Below are positions 34,764-44,648 of a stretch of DNA of 64,000 nt, one piece after another (positions within the stretch are counted from its first letter, which is position 1; each line of letters opens with the position of its first letter). A model generated the notes under the pieces. The model saw nothing but the letters and a program-made list of their open reading frames with translations, was not told the origin of the DNA and searched no databases. Where the stretch lies: assembly GCF_011745625.1 (NCBI RefSeq), contig NW_027191455.1:682001-746000 (forward strand), written 5' to 3'. The translations under genes and the position numbers were made by a program. This DNA is from Cladosporium halotolerans (Eukaryota).

Positions 34764-35309
34764 CGCATCTTGCGCGCCGCTCTCGCTTCCCCACACTCAT
34801 CTGCAGAGCCTCGATCCCTCCACGCCGCCGCTGGAACACATGCAACGATCCTTCTGATGGCTGAGGAAGCCCTCCGTCATCTCAGTCATGACCTGACAAG
34901 AGATTGCTGAAGTCTTTTTCCGGAAAGCTTCATGGTTATGCTTCTACTCTCGCATTACCTTAAGTAAACCCCATCATTTGTCATATATGCACGCTGCGCC
35001 GGACCTGCGCTAGGTAGTGCCGTGTAACCACCTCGACCTCTGTCCCGCGGCGCTGTGAACGACCTCCAGACCACGTGCAAACCCTGCACTTGGGACATCC
35101 CCGGTCATCTATTGTCTGGGGTATCTCGCTGCATCATACCGCTTCCGTCTAGTCTTCAAGACACCGCCGAGCTTTGCCATAAGGTAATATTTCGTCTCAC
35201 CCTGACCCCTTCACGCCTTCTATCAACGCGAGCGGTGACCTCCGACAACGCCAACTTCGCCGTCCGTTCCGGTGTGCAACCACACGATCCACCAAGGATT
35301 TTTTCTGCA

Positions 35310-36383
35310 TTAGTCGCCCCAAGCGAGCTTCAGTCCTGGACTCGCGAGCCCGTAATTCTCCTCTGCCGCCAACGTCTCCTCATCGAATCCCGCGGATGAC
35401 CCTCTGTTCAGTACGAAGGAAGCGCTGATAGCGAGCTTGGCCACGGAAGCGAGGAACAACATCGCCGCAGGCTGCAGCACGAGAAATCCACCGAGTAAGC
35501 AGCCGGCTCCGTATGAGGCGATGAACGTCAGACGGCGTTTGCGCGGCAAATTGCCCCTGTCAAGGAGTCGTGGGTTGTTCAAGGTGGAGATCTAGACCAA
35601 CGGTCAATTGCGATTCGCGATGCCTGCAGCACTGGTACTGTACCTACCATGGCACCCGTGACCATTGTCGTATTCAGCTCAGCCAATCCCACAGTGACCG
35701 CCAGGCTGGTCTGACCTGAGGCTGCGAGCGAAAGGAGAGCCACAATCATGAAGACTGTTACCCCAGTTGCTTCCGCAGGCCCAGTGATCCATTGGATCGC
35801 AGCAGCTGTTAGTACCAGGGAGGTCTGGACAAAATTTGTCAAAAGAAGCCACGCCCGCTTTCTAGGACGAGCGTAGTGAGCCAGACTGCCGAATAAAAAA
35901 TTGCCTAGGCAGAAGCTGTGCAAGGTCAGGTCGGATCAATCTCACTTGATTTCGGTCGAGGGGTTGCCATACAAAAAGATCGAAGCGACAACATTTTGTT
36001 CCATTTTCGATCCTGGCGGCTCCCTGCCGGTAACATATACTGCGAGGAACAGGAAGTTCCCTGCGGAATTGGTCAGCCGGGCGTCTTGCGTGAGCATCCG
36101 TAGCTTTTCCTACCAGTCTGCTTGGAAGCGAATACACGATAGTTGAGAAATGTCGTCACGTCTATTACGCCGGAGACGATCGTCATCTACGACGAAAGAG
36201 ATGGTGAGCACACAACGATTTCATGATAGTGGGAGTATCATACTTGCAAGACATCAGCACAGCGACACACCCAAAGGGAAGGATATTCAGCATTCATACA
36301 TGGCACTCACCCAGAAATAGCTGATGCTCCAACAATTGACACTTCAGCAGGTCTTGCTCGAGGAATCTGGTAAGTTCCGACAT
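35310..36383 (-). CDS. DUF1275 (YoaK-like) multi-pass membrane protein; exons 36383-36312, 36186-36114, 36060-35973, 35915-35648, 35591-35310
   Basis: Spliced MSELTRFLEQDLLKCQLLEHQLFL|MTIVSGVIDVTTFLNYRVFASKQTG|NFLFLAV...GQTSLAVTVGLAELNTTMVTGAM|ISTLNNPRL...RRLTFIASYGAGCLLGG. The G.D...F...QTGN and TT..TG motifs match DUF1275. Confidence 0.82.
36187..36311 (-). other. [D1,2] spliceosomal twin intron (stwintron) in the DUF1275 gene
   Basis: G|GTGAGT...GCTGAT..CAAG|TATGA...GCTCAC...TAG. The internal intron 36310-36243 (68 nt) splits the external donor G^TATGA. The external intron is 57 nt. Only two-step excision keeps the frame. Confidence 0.8.
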
Positions 36384-36688
36384 GCCTACGCGCTTCGCTC
36401 TCCAGCAGCATTGGGTACTCGACAGGGTCAAGTAAATCTCAAATGCCGTTTTGCCAGATTCATGGTCAAACAACAAAGGAGTCGAGGCATTCGCCAAATG
36501 CAGACGCAGGAGGCTTTGACCGGACTCACTGTCAAAACAATCATGTTTCTTTGTTCAAGTCTAGCAGTTGGTCTTCAAGTTCTTGGTGTCACCATCCCAC
36601 CGCATTGGAGTCGATTGGCTACGAATACTGTTTGTGTATTTTCCCTTTTTCATCCAAAATTGATTAACAGAGGTCTCCCAATGCTGAT

Positions 36689-37513
36689 CTACTCTTCTGG
36701 ATATACCATTTTCCTCGTCACACCACCATCAACCACCATCTCCGTCCCAGTCACACCGTCATTCTCAGAGAGATACTGCACAGCCCGCAAAATGTCTTCC
36801 ACCTTCCCCACTCGCCCAGTCAAATGCCACGCATGATCCATCTCACTGAGCCCATCCTCCCACTTCCGCCCCTGCTCATCAGCTTCCTTGCACTCGTTCT
36901 CCACATGAATCCAGCCAGGAATGATAGCGTTCACGCGCACACCACGAGGCGCGAGCGATACAGCCATGCTCTGCGACAGACCAAGTAGCCCTGCTTTTGT
37001 GGTAGCATAGGCCTCGCTGTCTGGCTCGGACATGGTCGCGCGTGTCGACGAGATGTGAATGATGTTGCCACCAGACGGGCGAGATGAGGATTTGGCCAAC
37101 AGGGGCGTGCAATGCTGGCTCATGAGCATTGGAGCTGTGAGATTCGTCTCCAGAGTTGCATGCCAGAGTTCGAGCGTCATGTCGGAAATATTCGCGCCGC
37201 CGACCCCGGCTGTGTAGCCCGCATTGTTGACGAGGACGTCAAGGTGGCCGTCAAAGAGTTTGCTGGCTGATTGGACTGCGGAGGTGATTTCGGACGGTTG
37301 CCGGAGGTTGCAAGTTACGGTGTCGAAGTCGCGTCCTCGCGTGTATTTCTTGGAAAAAGTGGCTGCGGTGTGGTCGAGTTCTTCGACGTTGTTGTCAAGG
37401 ATGCATACGCGGTGGCCGGATTGGAGTAGGAGGCGGCTGAGCCCCCGGCCAATGCCTCGAGCGCCACCGGTGATTAAGTAGTTTCGCGCTGTTGATGCGG
37501 ACATTGTAGCCAA
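36689..37513 (-). CDS. Classical short-chain dehydrogenase/reductase
   Basis: TGGARGIG, LVNNAG, catalytic S...YATTK, RVNAIIPGWI and VVDGG. Intronless. Confidence 0.93.
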   Translation of the reverse strand: MATMSASTARNYLITGGARGIGRGLSRLLLQSGHRVCILDNNVEELDHTAATFSKKYTRGRDFDTVTCNLRQPSEITSAVQSASKLFDGHLDVLVNNAGYTAGVGGANISDMTLELWHATLETNLTAPMLMSQHCTPLLAKSSSRPSGGNIIHISSTRATMSEPDSEAYATTKAGLLGLSQSMAVSLAPRGVRVNAIIPGWIHVENECKEADEQGRKWEDGLSEMDHAWHLTGRVGKVEDILRAVQYLSENDGVTGTEMVVDGGVTRKMVYPEE

Positions 37514-38079
37514 CAGGTTGATTATTATAATCGATCAATTGATGTCCGTAGGATATCTGGACCAAGGGAACTGCATTTTAAGAGCTCATGGAGATTCACC
37601 GAAACCTGTGATGTCATCCACTGCTTGATACATTACATATAGCTTACAACTTCATTCATCGCAACAACAGTCAAGGTGACACGGAAGCGATCGTTTTGGT
37701 TAAGTTTCTGCTGTAGCCGACGATGCGATACTGTTCTATTCAGATTTTTGTAAGTCCGCCGCCGACGTAGACAAGTCCGAGATTTAAAAAGCAGAGTAAG
37801 CTCTGGTCGCAAGGCGAATCCTTCGAGCCTTACGCCCGTAACTTATCCAAAACGAACTATGGCACCAGACAGATGCTTACATGACTTAGTCATGTAGTGC
37901 TGTCTCAGCGGCGGTGTCTGTATCAAGACATTGGTAGGCTGGTACTGTAGAGACACTCTTCGACCGATGCCTGTAACAGGCGACACGCATTGCGACACGG
38001 TTCTGTCGAGGCTTGATATAAGTAGCTCTCGACCTTCCAGCATGACTTGCAGCACATCCAACCAAGAACCGAATAAACG

Positions 38080-38949
38080 ATGGCACCAGTTACTTTCCAC
38101 CTTGTTTCCGTCTCTGACGAGAACGTGTTTCTGAACGCTATCCGTTCTGCACCTGCCTCTCATCGCCCTTACTACGTTGGGCATTGCGAACACTGGGTTC
38201 ACAGTCCAAAGATATCCCTCGATGCTCTCACCGGCTCTGGTTCGCAGATGAAACGATGGGACTACCTCGTCATCGCCAGCGCCACACCTAACGATCCTCT
38301 CGCCATGCCGACTTACCTCGAGAATGGCGTGGCCGACCGCTGGTCTATCACAGCGCCAGTCGACGACGCCCAACTCTCCAGTCTCTCGGAGAACGATACC
38401 AGACGATCCTCTGCTGTTCCGACAGTCCTACCTCCAGGTTGGAGCCCTTCAGACCACACCAGCCTCCTTGCCTCAAATCCACCATCCGACGTCGAGTTCT
38501 CCCTCGCCCTCTCCGCCACCCCACTCGGAGCCCCAAAAGCCAATCCTCACACCCCAATCAAAACCTTCATCCAAACCTTCGGCACCAACCACTCTGGCCC
38601 AGTGAACATGTTCAACCTCATGGCCTACAACCCCGGCCAACGCGCGCGCTTCTTCAACTACATCGCCGCCTTCAGCGCCTCCATCGGTTCGCGGTACGGC
38701 GGCGAAGCTCAGTTCCACGGCAGTGGCGTCACGGACTGGTCTTCGCGCGCAAGTGAGGGCGCTAAGGTTGCGGATCCGCAGGCGGGAGGCTCAGGCGTTT
38801 GGGAGGACGTGGCATTGGTCTGGTACCCGAGCTTGTGGCATTTTGCGAAGTTGCTCGATGATCCAGATTATGCGGATGCGGATAGGAAGTTCAAAGTTGG
38901 CGCGGTGAGGGATAATCCGATTTTATGCTGTAGGGCGGTGGAGTTTTGA
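38080..38949 (+). CDS. Hypothetical protein with a DUF1330-like dimeric alpha/beta-barrel C-terminal domain
   Basis: Intronless 289-aa ORF. GPVNMFNLMAY...YGGEAQFHG...WEDVALVWYPSLWHFAKLLDDPDY resembles the DUF1330-type pattern. Confidence 0.72.
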   Translation: MAPVTFHLVSVSDENVFLNAIRSAPASHRPYYVGHCEHWVHSPKISLDALTGSGSQMKRWDYLVIASATPNDPLAMPTYLENGVADRWSITAPVDDAQLSSLSENDTRRSSAVPTVLPPGWSPSDHTSLLASNPPSDVEFSLALSATPLGAPKANPHTPIKTFIQTFGTNHSGPVNMFNLMAYNPGQRARFFNYIAAFSASIGSRYGGEAQFHGSGVTDWSSRASEGAKVADPQAGGSGVWEDVALVWYPSLWHFAKLLDDPDYADADRKFKVGAVRDNPILCCRAVEF

Positions 38950-39535
38950 GGTGGAGATGGGGGTGCGTCGGGGAACTGTTTTGGCTGAGTGATCTGTTCA
39001 TTGATTAGTATTCATGACAGTTGAAAGCTCAAATCGGTGCCACTCCAAGTCTTGCTGGAGTCTTGCGTCAAGTCGAGCTATCCAGGCCTCAAGTCCTCTG
39101 TTCGAACGGCCATTGTTGAGGTGATCTGTCCTACTAGTACAGTGTGTGAGCTGTCTTACTGCGCGATGAATTGACCAGTGAGGTATAGAGGTATGGCGAT
39201 TGCAAAAGCACCGTAGAGCTCCGGTGCCTGTTAACAGTACTCGTAGGAACGATCGCATAAGACCATGATCGAGATTGGAAAGTGCAAAAATCCACATCGA
39301 GGTGGAAGGGTCCGCCAAATGATGCGCGTTCCTGCAGGCGCGTTACAGCTCGAAGCACGTCTACCCCTCCTTCCGAGGCCGAATGACCCACCACCTCACG
39401 GCGATTAGACAAAACGGTCAGAAAAGTACACCTGGTTGTGTCCTCGAATCTAAGCATACATCTGTACATTTGATCTCTTTCAAATCTCGCCAGCAAACAG
39501 CATCAAACAAGACACCTTGCCCAAGCTTCCACAAG

Positions 39536-40129
39536 ATGTCTCCCACCCGCAACCCAACCCCAAACCAAATCCCCCAAAACCTCCCCGGCCCAACCGCCTA
39601 TCTGACCGGCCACGACGACAAGTCCGGCAAAGCGATCATCCACTCCTCGCGCCCCGTCAATTGGCACCAGTACGACGAGCAAAAGCTCGGCATGTCCGTC
39701 GCCTACACGACGCAATTCCCGCCCGACCTTAACGGCGACGCCGACGTCGCGGCGCACGACAAGAAAATGGACGAGTCCGGCGGCAAGCTGGGCCTGGTGT
39801 CCGGCGGCGGCACGGTGCTGCGCTACGTCGATTTCGCGCCGAATTACACGTGCATGATGCACCGCACGCAGTCGGTGGATTATGGCATTGTGCTAGAGGG
39901 CCAGATTGAGAGCGTGCTGGACTCGGGCGAGACGCAGCTTATGGGCCGTGGAGATGTGATGGTGCAGCGTGCGACGATGCACGCGTGGAGGAACCCGAGT
40001 AGTACTGAGTGGGCAAGGATGATTTTCTGTTTGCAGGATTGCAAGCCGCTCTATGTGGGCGGACAGAGGTTTGGTGAGGATCTTGGGCGTGGGACGGAGG
40101 GTGTGCCGGCGAGTGGGAATGATGCGTGA
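39536..40129 (+). CDS. Cupin-domain protein (Cupin_2 type)
   Basis: LTGHDDKSGKA, RYVDFAP, MHRTQSVDYGIVLEG and GDVMVQRATMHAWRN metal-binding cupin motifs. Confidence 0.9.
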   Translation: MSPTRNPTPNQIPQNLPGPTAYLTGHDDKSGKAIIHSSRPVNWHQYDEQKLGMSVAYTTQFPPDLNGDADVAAHDKKMDESGGKLGLVSGGGTVLRYVDFAPNYTCMMHRTQSVDYGIVLEGQIESVLDSGETQLMGRGDVMVQRATMHAWRNPSSTEWARMIFCLQDCKPLYVGGQRFGEDLGRGTEGVPASGNDA

Positions 40130-40232
40130 GGTGAGATGGCATGAGGAATTGCGGTGAGGTGAAGGCTGCGTGAAAAGGCTCCACCGTCGGTCGGCCATTA
40201 CATATGAGTACAAAGTCGATCAGATCGTCAAA

Positions 40233-41077
40233 TTACATTCCAGGGACGGGTGACAGATGGCCGCTCTTGTCGTACTTCGCTTCTGTGTGATTGTCAGTGT
40301 TTGTCGCAACAAGAAACACCCGTCAAACTTACTGAAGAAAGTGTAGTTGAGCGTGATGGTATCAATACCCTTCATGGCAGGGTCCTTCAGGAACTCCGGA
40401 TCGATGTAGAAGAAAACAGGCATGTCCACCGTCTCGCCCTTGTTGAGCCGCTGCTCCTCAAAACAGAAACACTGGATCTTGCTGAAATACGGCGCAACCT
40501 GCCCAGGCGTCACACTGTACGTCGCAACACCAATCACGTCTTCATCGCTCTTGTTTGTAGCAGTGTAGAACGCCAACGCCGTCTCTCCGGGCAAGACGCG
40601 CACCTCTCTTTGTTGAGGCGTGAACTTCCACGGTAATACGTCCGACGTCGAGCCCTGGAACGTGATGCGTAGTCGTCGCGAGGAGGTTACGGGTGTGAGT
40701 TTTGCGGCAATGTCTTCCTCTTCGCTCGGCGAGGTGTGAACCGAGGACTGAATAGGCTGTCCTCCCCAGCCAGTCTGCTGGCAAATCGTCTTGTACAGCG
40801 GTACGGATCCATAGGATAGCGCCACGGTGCCGAGGATGATAGAGAGTGTGTAGTAGATCGTGTTCTCGTTGCGCTTGTCGAACTGTCTGCGCACTTCCGC
40901 CATATTGGGCGCGGCATTCTGGCGTGTTCTCTGCGACGTCTGAACAAGGCGGGATTGCTGCTGCTGGGGCCGGAAGAAGGCTCGTTGGCGGAGAAGAGTT
41001 CGCGAGCAAGAGTTACAAGTGTAGGCTGTGCGGCTCATGGCGAGATCTAGAAGACTGCGGTAGCGTGCGGGAGGCAT
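40233..41077 (-). CDS. COX11: Cytochrome c oxidase assembly copper chaperone COX11; intron 40332-40283
   Basis: Presequence, TM segment, SYGSVPLYK..CQQTGWGG, PWKFTPQQ, PGETALAFY and YFSKIQCFCFEEQ. The spliced end is FFKAKYDKSGHLSPVPGM*. Confidence 0.95.
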
Positions 41078-41323
41078 TGTCGGCGGGAAGTGTGTTCGTG
41101 GTTGAGAGACAGATCAAATGTCGCACAGTCGCCTGGAGCAGACGGCGACTGCTCGTCATGCAACTTTCGGAGGTGCTTCGCCGCAATCCGATCGACGCTT
41201 TCACATGCTTTGCCGCGCCCACCTCGACACCAGCGGTTGCGACTTGTCTTATTCACCAAAACATGCTAATCAGCACCCTGTCACTCTGCTTGATGTGAGT
41301 AGCAGAGCCATGCGCTATCAGAC

Positions 41324-42028
41324 ATGGCAATTCTCTGCGGCATCTGCCACGGGGCAGAATCAAAATACAAGTGCCCGACATGCGAGCTGAGATAGTACGC
41401 TCTCTCCATACCTTACTTTCTCTCACAGACAATTATCTGACCCTCCATCAGCTGCTCAATCAAATGCTACAAACCACACAAAGCCCAACATGAGGCCGAG
41501 GCCCAGCAGCATCCTCAGCAACCAAACCAACCCGCCCAAGCCAAACCCGACCGCCCAGGCACAAAGCAGCGCACAGCGAAACCCGACTTCTCCACTCTCG
41601 CCTCTGACCCTGAGCTCAAACGCTTATTGGCGCGCTACCCGACTCTCCACGACCAACTCGGCGCAATCTACGCCTTGACTCTCGATCCCGGACCCGGCGA
41701 AGAGCGGACCTGGAGTAGACCTCCACTGCCTTCGCTCGAGCGACCTCAATCGTTCAATTTCCGTGGGCGGGGCAGAGGACGCGGTGGGAGAGGCGGACGA
41801 GGAGGAAGGGGAGGGTTCAAGGTCGAGGAGCCGGAGGAGCGGCAGCGCGGCGTGTGGACGAAGGAGAAGGGCGATAAAGAGGCGCTTGCGGTTGTCAAGA
41901 AGATGAGGAGTGGGAAGGAGGACGATGATCGGGCGGAGGGTGTGAGGGAGTTCATCAGGCTGGTCGGAATGAGGTTTGGTGCAGGCGAGGCTGAGAAAGA
42001 GACGGAGGGTGACCCAATGGTGCTGTGA
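41324..42028 (+). CDS. HIT-type zinc finger protein (Hit1/ZNHIT3-like); intron 41395-41451
   Basis: Spliced MAILCGICHGAESKYKCPTCELRYCSIKCYKPHK (zf-HIT), an RGG-rich segment and a C-terminal GVREFIRLV. This gene is absent from the ORF track as a whole. Confidence 0.85.
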
Positions 42029-42264
42029 GGATACCTAGGAGCAACGACTTTCAACGTCGGAATCGCAAAATGCGGATGTCACAAATCCCGGAAAAACGGA
42101 CAGTATCCCAAGATGGGTGTTTTCAGGACGGCTGGCACGAATTGCTGTCAATCTCAGCTGCTCTGAAAGCCCGCCGGAAACATGAGCTATATCGGGACCG
42201 CGGAGCATGGGAGGGGGCGTACCCCTTCACTGTATAACCTTTTGGCTTGGATTCCTACTGAAAA

Positions 42265-43455
42265 TCACGCCGAACCTTCTCTGCGCAATCGACTCAATGT
42301 CGCCCTTCCGGCACTCGAGCTGTTGCCTTTGCCGATCTCCCCAGTGATCCATTCGCCTATCCTACTCACCTCCTCCAAGTCGATGCCGGTTTTCGCTCCA
42401 AGCGAATGCAGAGTGTACACCAAATCCTCCGTCGCGACATTGCCAGTCGCACCAGGGCTGTACGGACAGCCACCCAATCCACCTACCGCAGAGTCGAAGG
42501 TTCTGATACCATGCTCCAGCGAAATAATGGTGTTCACCAGCGCCTGGCCAAACGTGTCGTGGAAGTGCAAGGCCAGATCCTCACTCCTGATGCCCGCTTC
42601 CTTCAGCGTCTGCAGCAACTTCCTCGTGCGCGGCGCCGTCCCCATGCCGGTCGTGTCGGCGACAGAGATCTCGTCTGCGCCCATCTCTAGCAGGCTCGCG
42701 GCGATGTCGGCCACGCGGTGAGGGTCTACGTCGGGACCCTCGAAGGGGCAGCCCAGGGCGACGGAGATGTATGCGCGGACGTTGTAGCCGTTTTCGCGAC
42801 AGGAGGCCATGAGCGGCGCGAAGCGGTCGAGGGATTCTTGCACGCTGCAGTTTGTGTTTTTCTGGGAGAAGGCTTCGGTCGCGGCCATGAAGATGGAGAC
42901 CTCGTGGGTTTGCCCGCTTGGGATTTTCGATGAGGCGCGAGACTGGGACATGGCGTCGACGCCTGAGGTGGCCGAGGGCATCGCATTGGGATCCTGGCTG
43001 CTCGTGTTCATTGCTGGACCGGAATCCTGGGAAGGCGAGGGCGGCGGCGACGGGTAAGCATCCGAGGGTGAGGCGTCCATAGTCTTGTAGTAGTTGTCCA
43101 AGCCTTTCGTATTAGGCAAGAGCCATTGATATGTTATGTCGTGAGGTGCTTTTGGAGGGTTCGCAAGAATGCTTGCGAGGACCTGATCCGAAGCTGCCAT
43201 CTGTGGTACCCATTTGGGGTGAACGAAGCTGCCTGCTTCAATTGTCTCGATGCCGGTGGCTGCTAGCCGCCTCACAAGTTCGATCTTTGTCTCAACCGGT
43301 ATGCTCGTCTTCTCGTTTTGCAGGCCGTCGCGAGGACCAACCTCGATGATGCGGACATGGTCGTTTGCTACCGAGGCTCGCGGCGTGACCGAGAAGCTCC
43401 GCCGGCCTGCTGATCGTAAGAGGTGAGGGACGCGATGGCGGAAAAGGGTTGCCAT
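42265..43455 (-). CDS. Hydroxymethylglutaryl-CoA lyase (mitochondrial)
   Basis: IIEVGPRDGLQNE, EAGSFVHPKWVPQMA, ALGCPFEG, DTTGMG, LHFHDTFGQAL and GGLGGCPYSPGATGNVATED. Confidence 0.95.
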   Translation of the reverse strand: MATLFRHRVPHLLRSAGRRSFSVTPRASVANDHVRIIEVGPRDGLQNEKTSIPVETKIELVRRLAATGIETIEAGSFVHPKWVPQMAASDQVLASILANPPKAPHDITYQWLLPNTKGLDNYYKTMDASPSDAYPSPPPSPSQDSGPAMNTSSQDPNAMPSATSGVDAMSQSRASSKIPSGQTHEVSIFMAATEAFSQKNTNCSVQESLDRFAPLMASCRENGYNVRAYISVALGCPFEGPDVDPHRVADIAASLLEMGADEISVADTTGMGTAPRTRKLLQTLKEAGIRSEDLALHFHDTFGQALVNTIISLEHGIRTFDSAVGGLGGCPYSPGATGNVATEDLVYTLHSLGAKTGIDLEEVSRIGEWITGEIGKGNSSSAGRATLSRLRREGSA

Positions 43456-43835
43456 GGTCGGTGTGTGCACTTCAGAATGGGTGCAGAGCTGAGGAGTGAG
43501 AGCAAGTGAGGCTCTTCGCCCTCACGGCCGGCGGTAATAGCAGCCACGGGATGTCGATCAGCCTCCAGCACAATGCCGACGACATGCGGGGAGAGCTTCG
43601 CAGCGTGCCGACGCCAGGCGCGAGGGCGCTTCCAGCTGCAGCGAGCGCCCGCGCCACAGGGCTGACGTGTGACAGCATGCCGTGGCGCAAGCACAAGTCG
43701 GCGGCAGACCTCGCATGTGTCCTCTCGCGCAACTCACCAGGCAGACAATTTTTATTGAAGCACATTGCACACAGTAGCTAGGCATTTGAAGCTGATCATA
43801 CTATTCCGGTCTACCGTCAACAGCACAGCAACAGC

Positions 43836-44363
43836 ATGTCCAACTACAACAACGACGACAATCCCTGGGCCGACCCCGCCCGCGACAACCTACGCCCGCC
43901 ACAAGGCACGCAGCAGCACCAGCAGCAACCCGGGCTGAACTCCAACAACCCCTTCTACCAGCAATCCAACTCGCCCAACCCGTGGCAACTCGGACAAGAC
44001 TCCAACTACGCCCCTCCCCCCGGCCCACCACCCCAGAACCAGCCCTGGGCCCAGCAACAGCAACACTCAAACCCCTACGCCACCCAGCAAGACCCCATCC
44101 CCGGCCTCCCTCCCCGCAACAAAACCTCAACCTTCAACGAAGGCGACTTCGTGCCCGAGGGCGAGCGCGGCGAGCAGCGCGAGGCGATGGAGCAGTACGA
44201 GATCACGAATGCGCGACCGCAGACGACGGATGACCGCAACATCGAGCAGCTGCAGCAGGAGTTTCCGAATCTGGACGGAAGCTTGGTCGCGGCGATTTAT
44301 ATGGATTCGAAGCAGATGGGAGCTGTGAGGGAGATGTTGGGGGAGCTGAGCGGGTCGAAGTAG
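43836..44363 (+). CDS. Asn/Gln/Pro-rich protein with a C-terminal CUE-like ubiquitin-binding domain
   Basis: NPW/NPF/NPY motifs in the low-complexity N-terminus, and a C-terminal IEQLQQEFPNLDGSLVAAIY. Confidence 0.75.
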   Translation: MSNYNNDDNPWADPARDNLRPPQGTQQHQQQPGLNSNNPFYQQSNSPNPWQLGQDSNYAPPPGPPPQNQPWAQQQQHSNPYATQQDPIPGLPPRNKTSTFNEGDFVPEGERGEQREAMEQYEITNARPQTTDDRNIEQLQQEFPNLDGSLVAAIYMDSKQMGAVREMLGELSGSK

Positions 44364-44648
44364 GCTGTTTGCATTTTGTGGTAAAGGCAGTTGCATGATT
44401 TACGATAGGCCAGGATCAAGATAGCTTGGAATCAGAGCGTCTCACGATACAACATTCGATGAATTTGGGGTCGGACGCAAGACCGAGACGACCTCTCACT
44501 CCGTTCGCCATGTGCCCGAGTGCCGCGATGAAAGTCCTGTAATGATGATAATATATACAGTAGTCAACAGATATGCATCGAGGTTAACAGAATGAACTCC
44601 CCGGTTCGCTTTGCGAATTATAAATCAACGCTTCCCTTTTTATGGCAT

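Noticed and set aside
31459..41077. Two copper chaperones (CCS1 and COX11) within 10 kb, considered as a copper cluster
   Set aside because: They are separated by six unrelated genes and share no motif that I could see.
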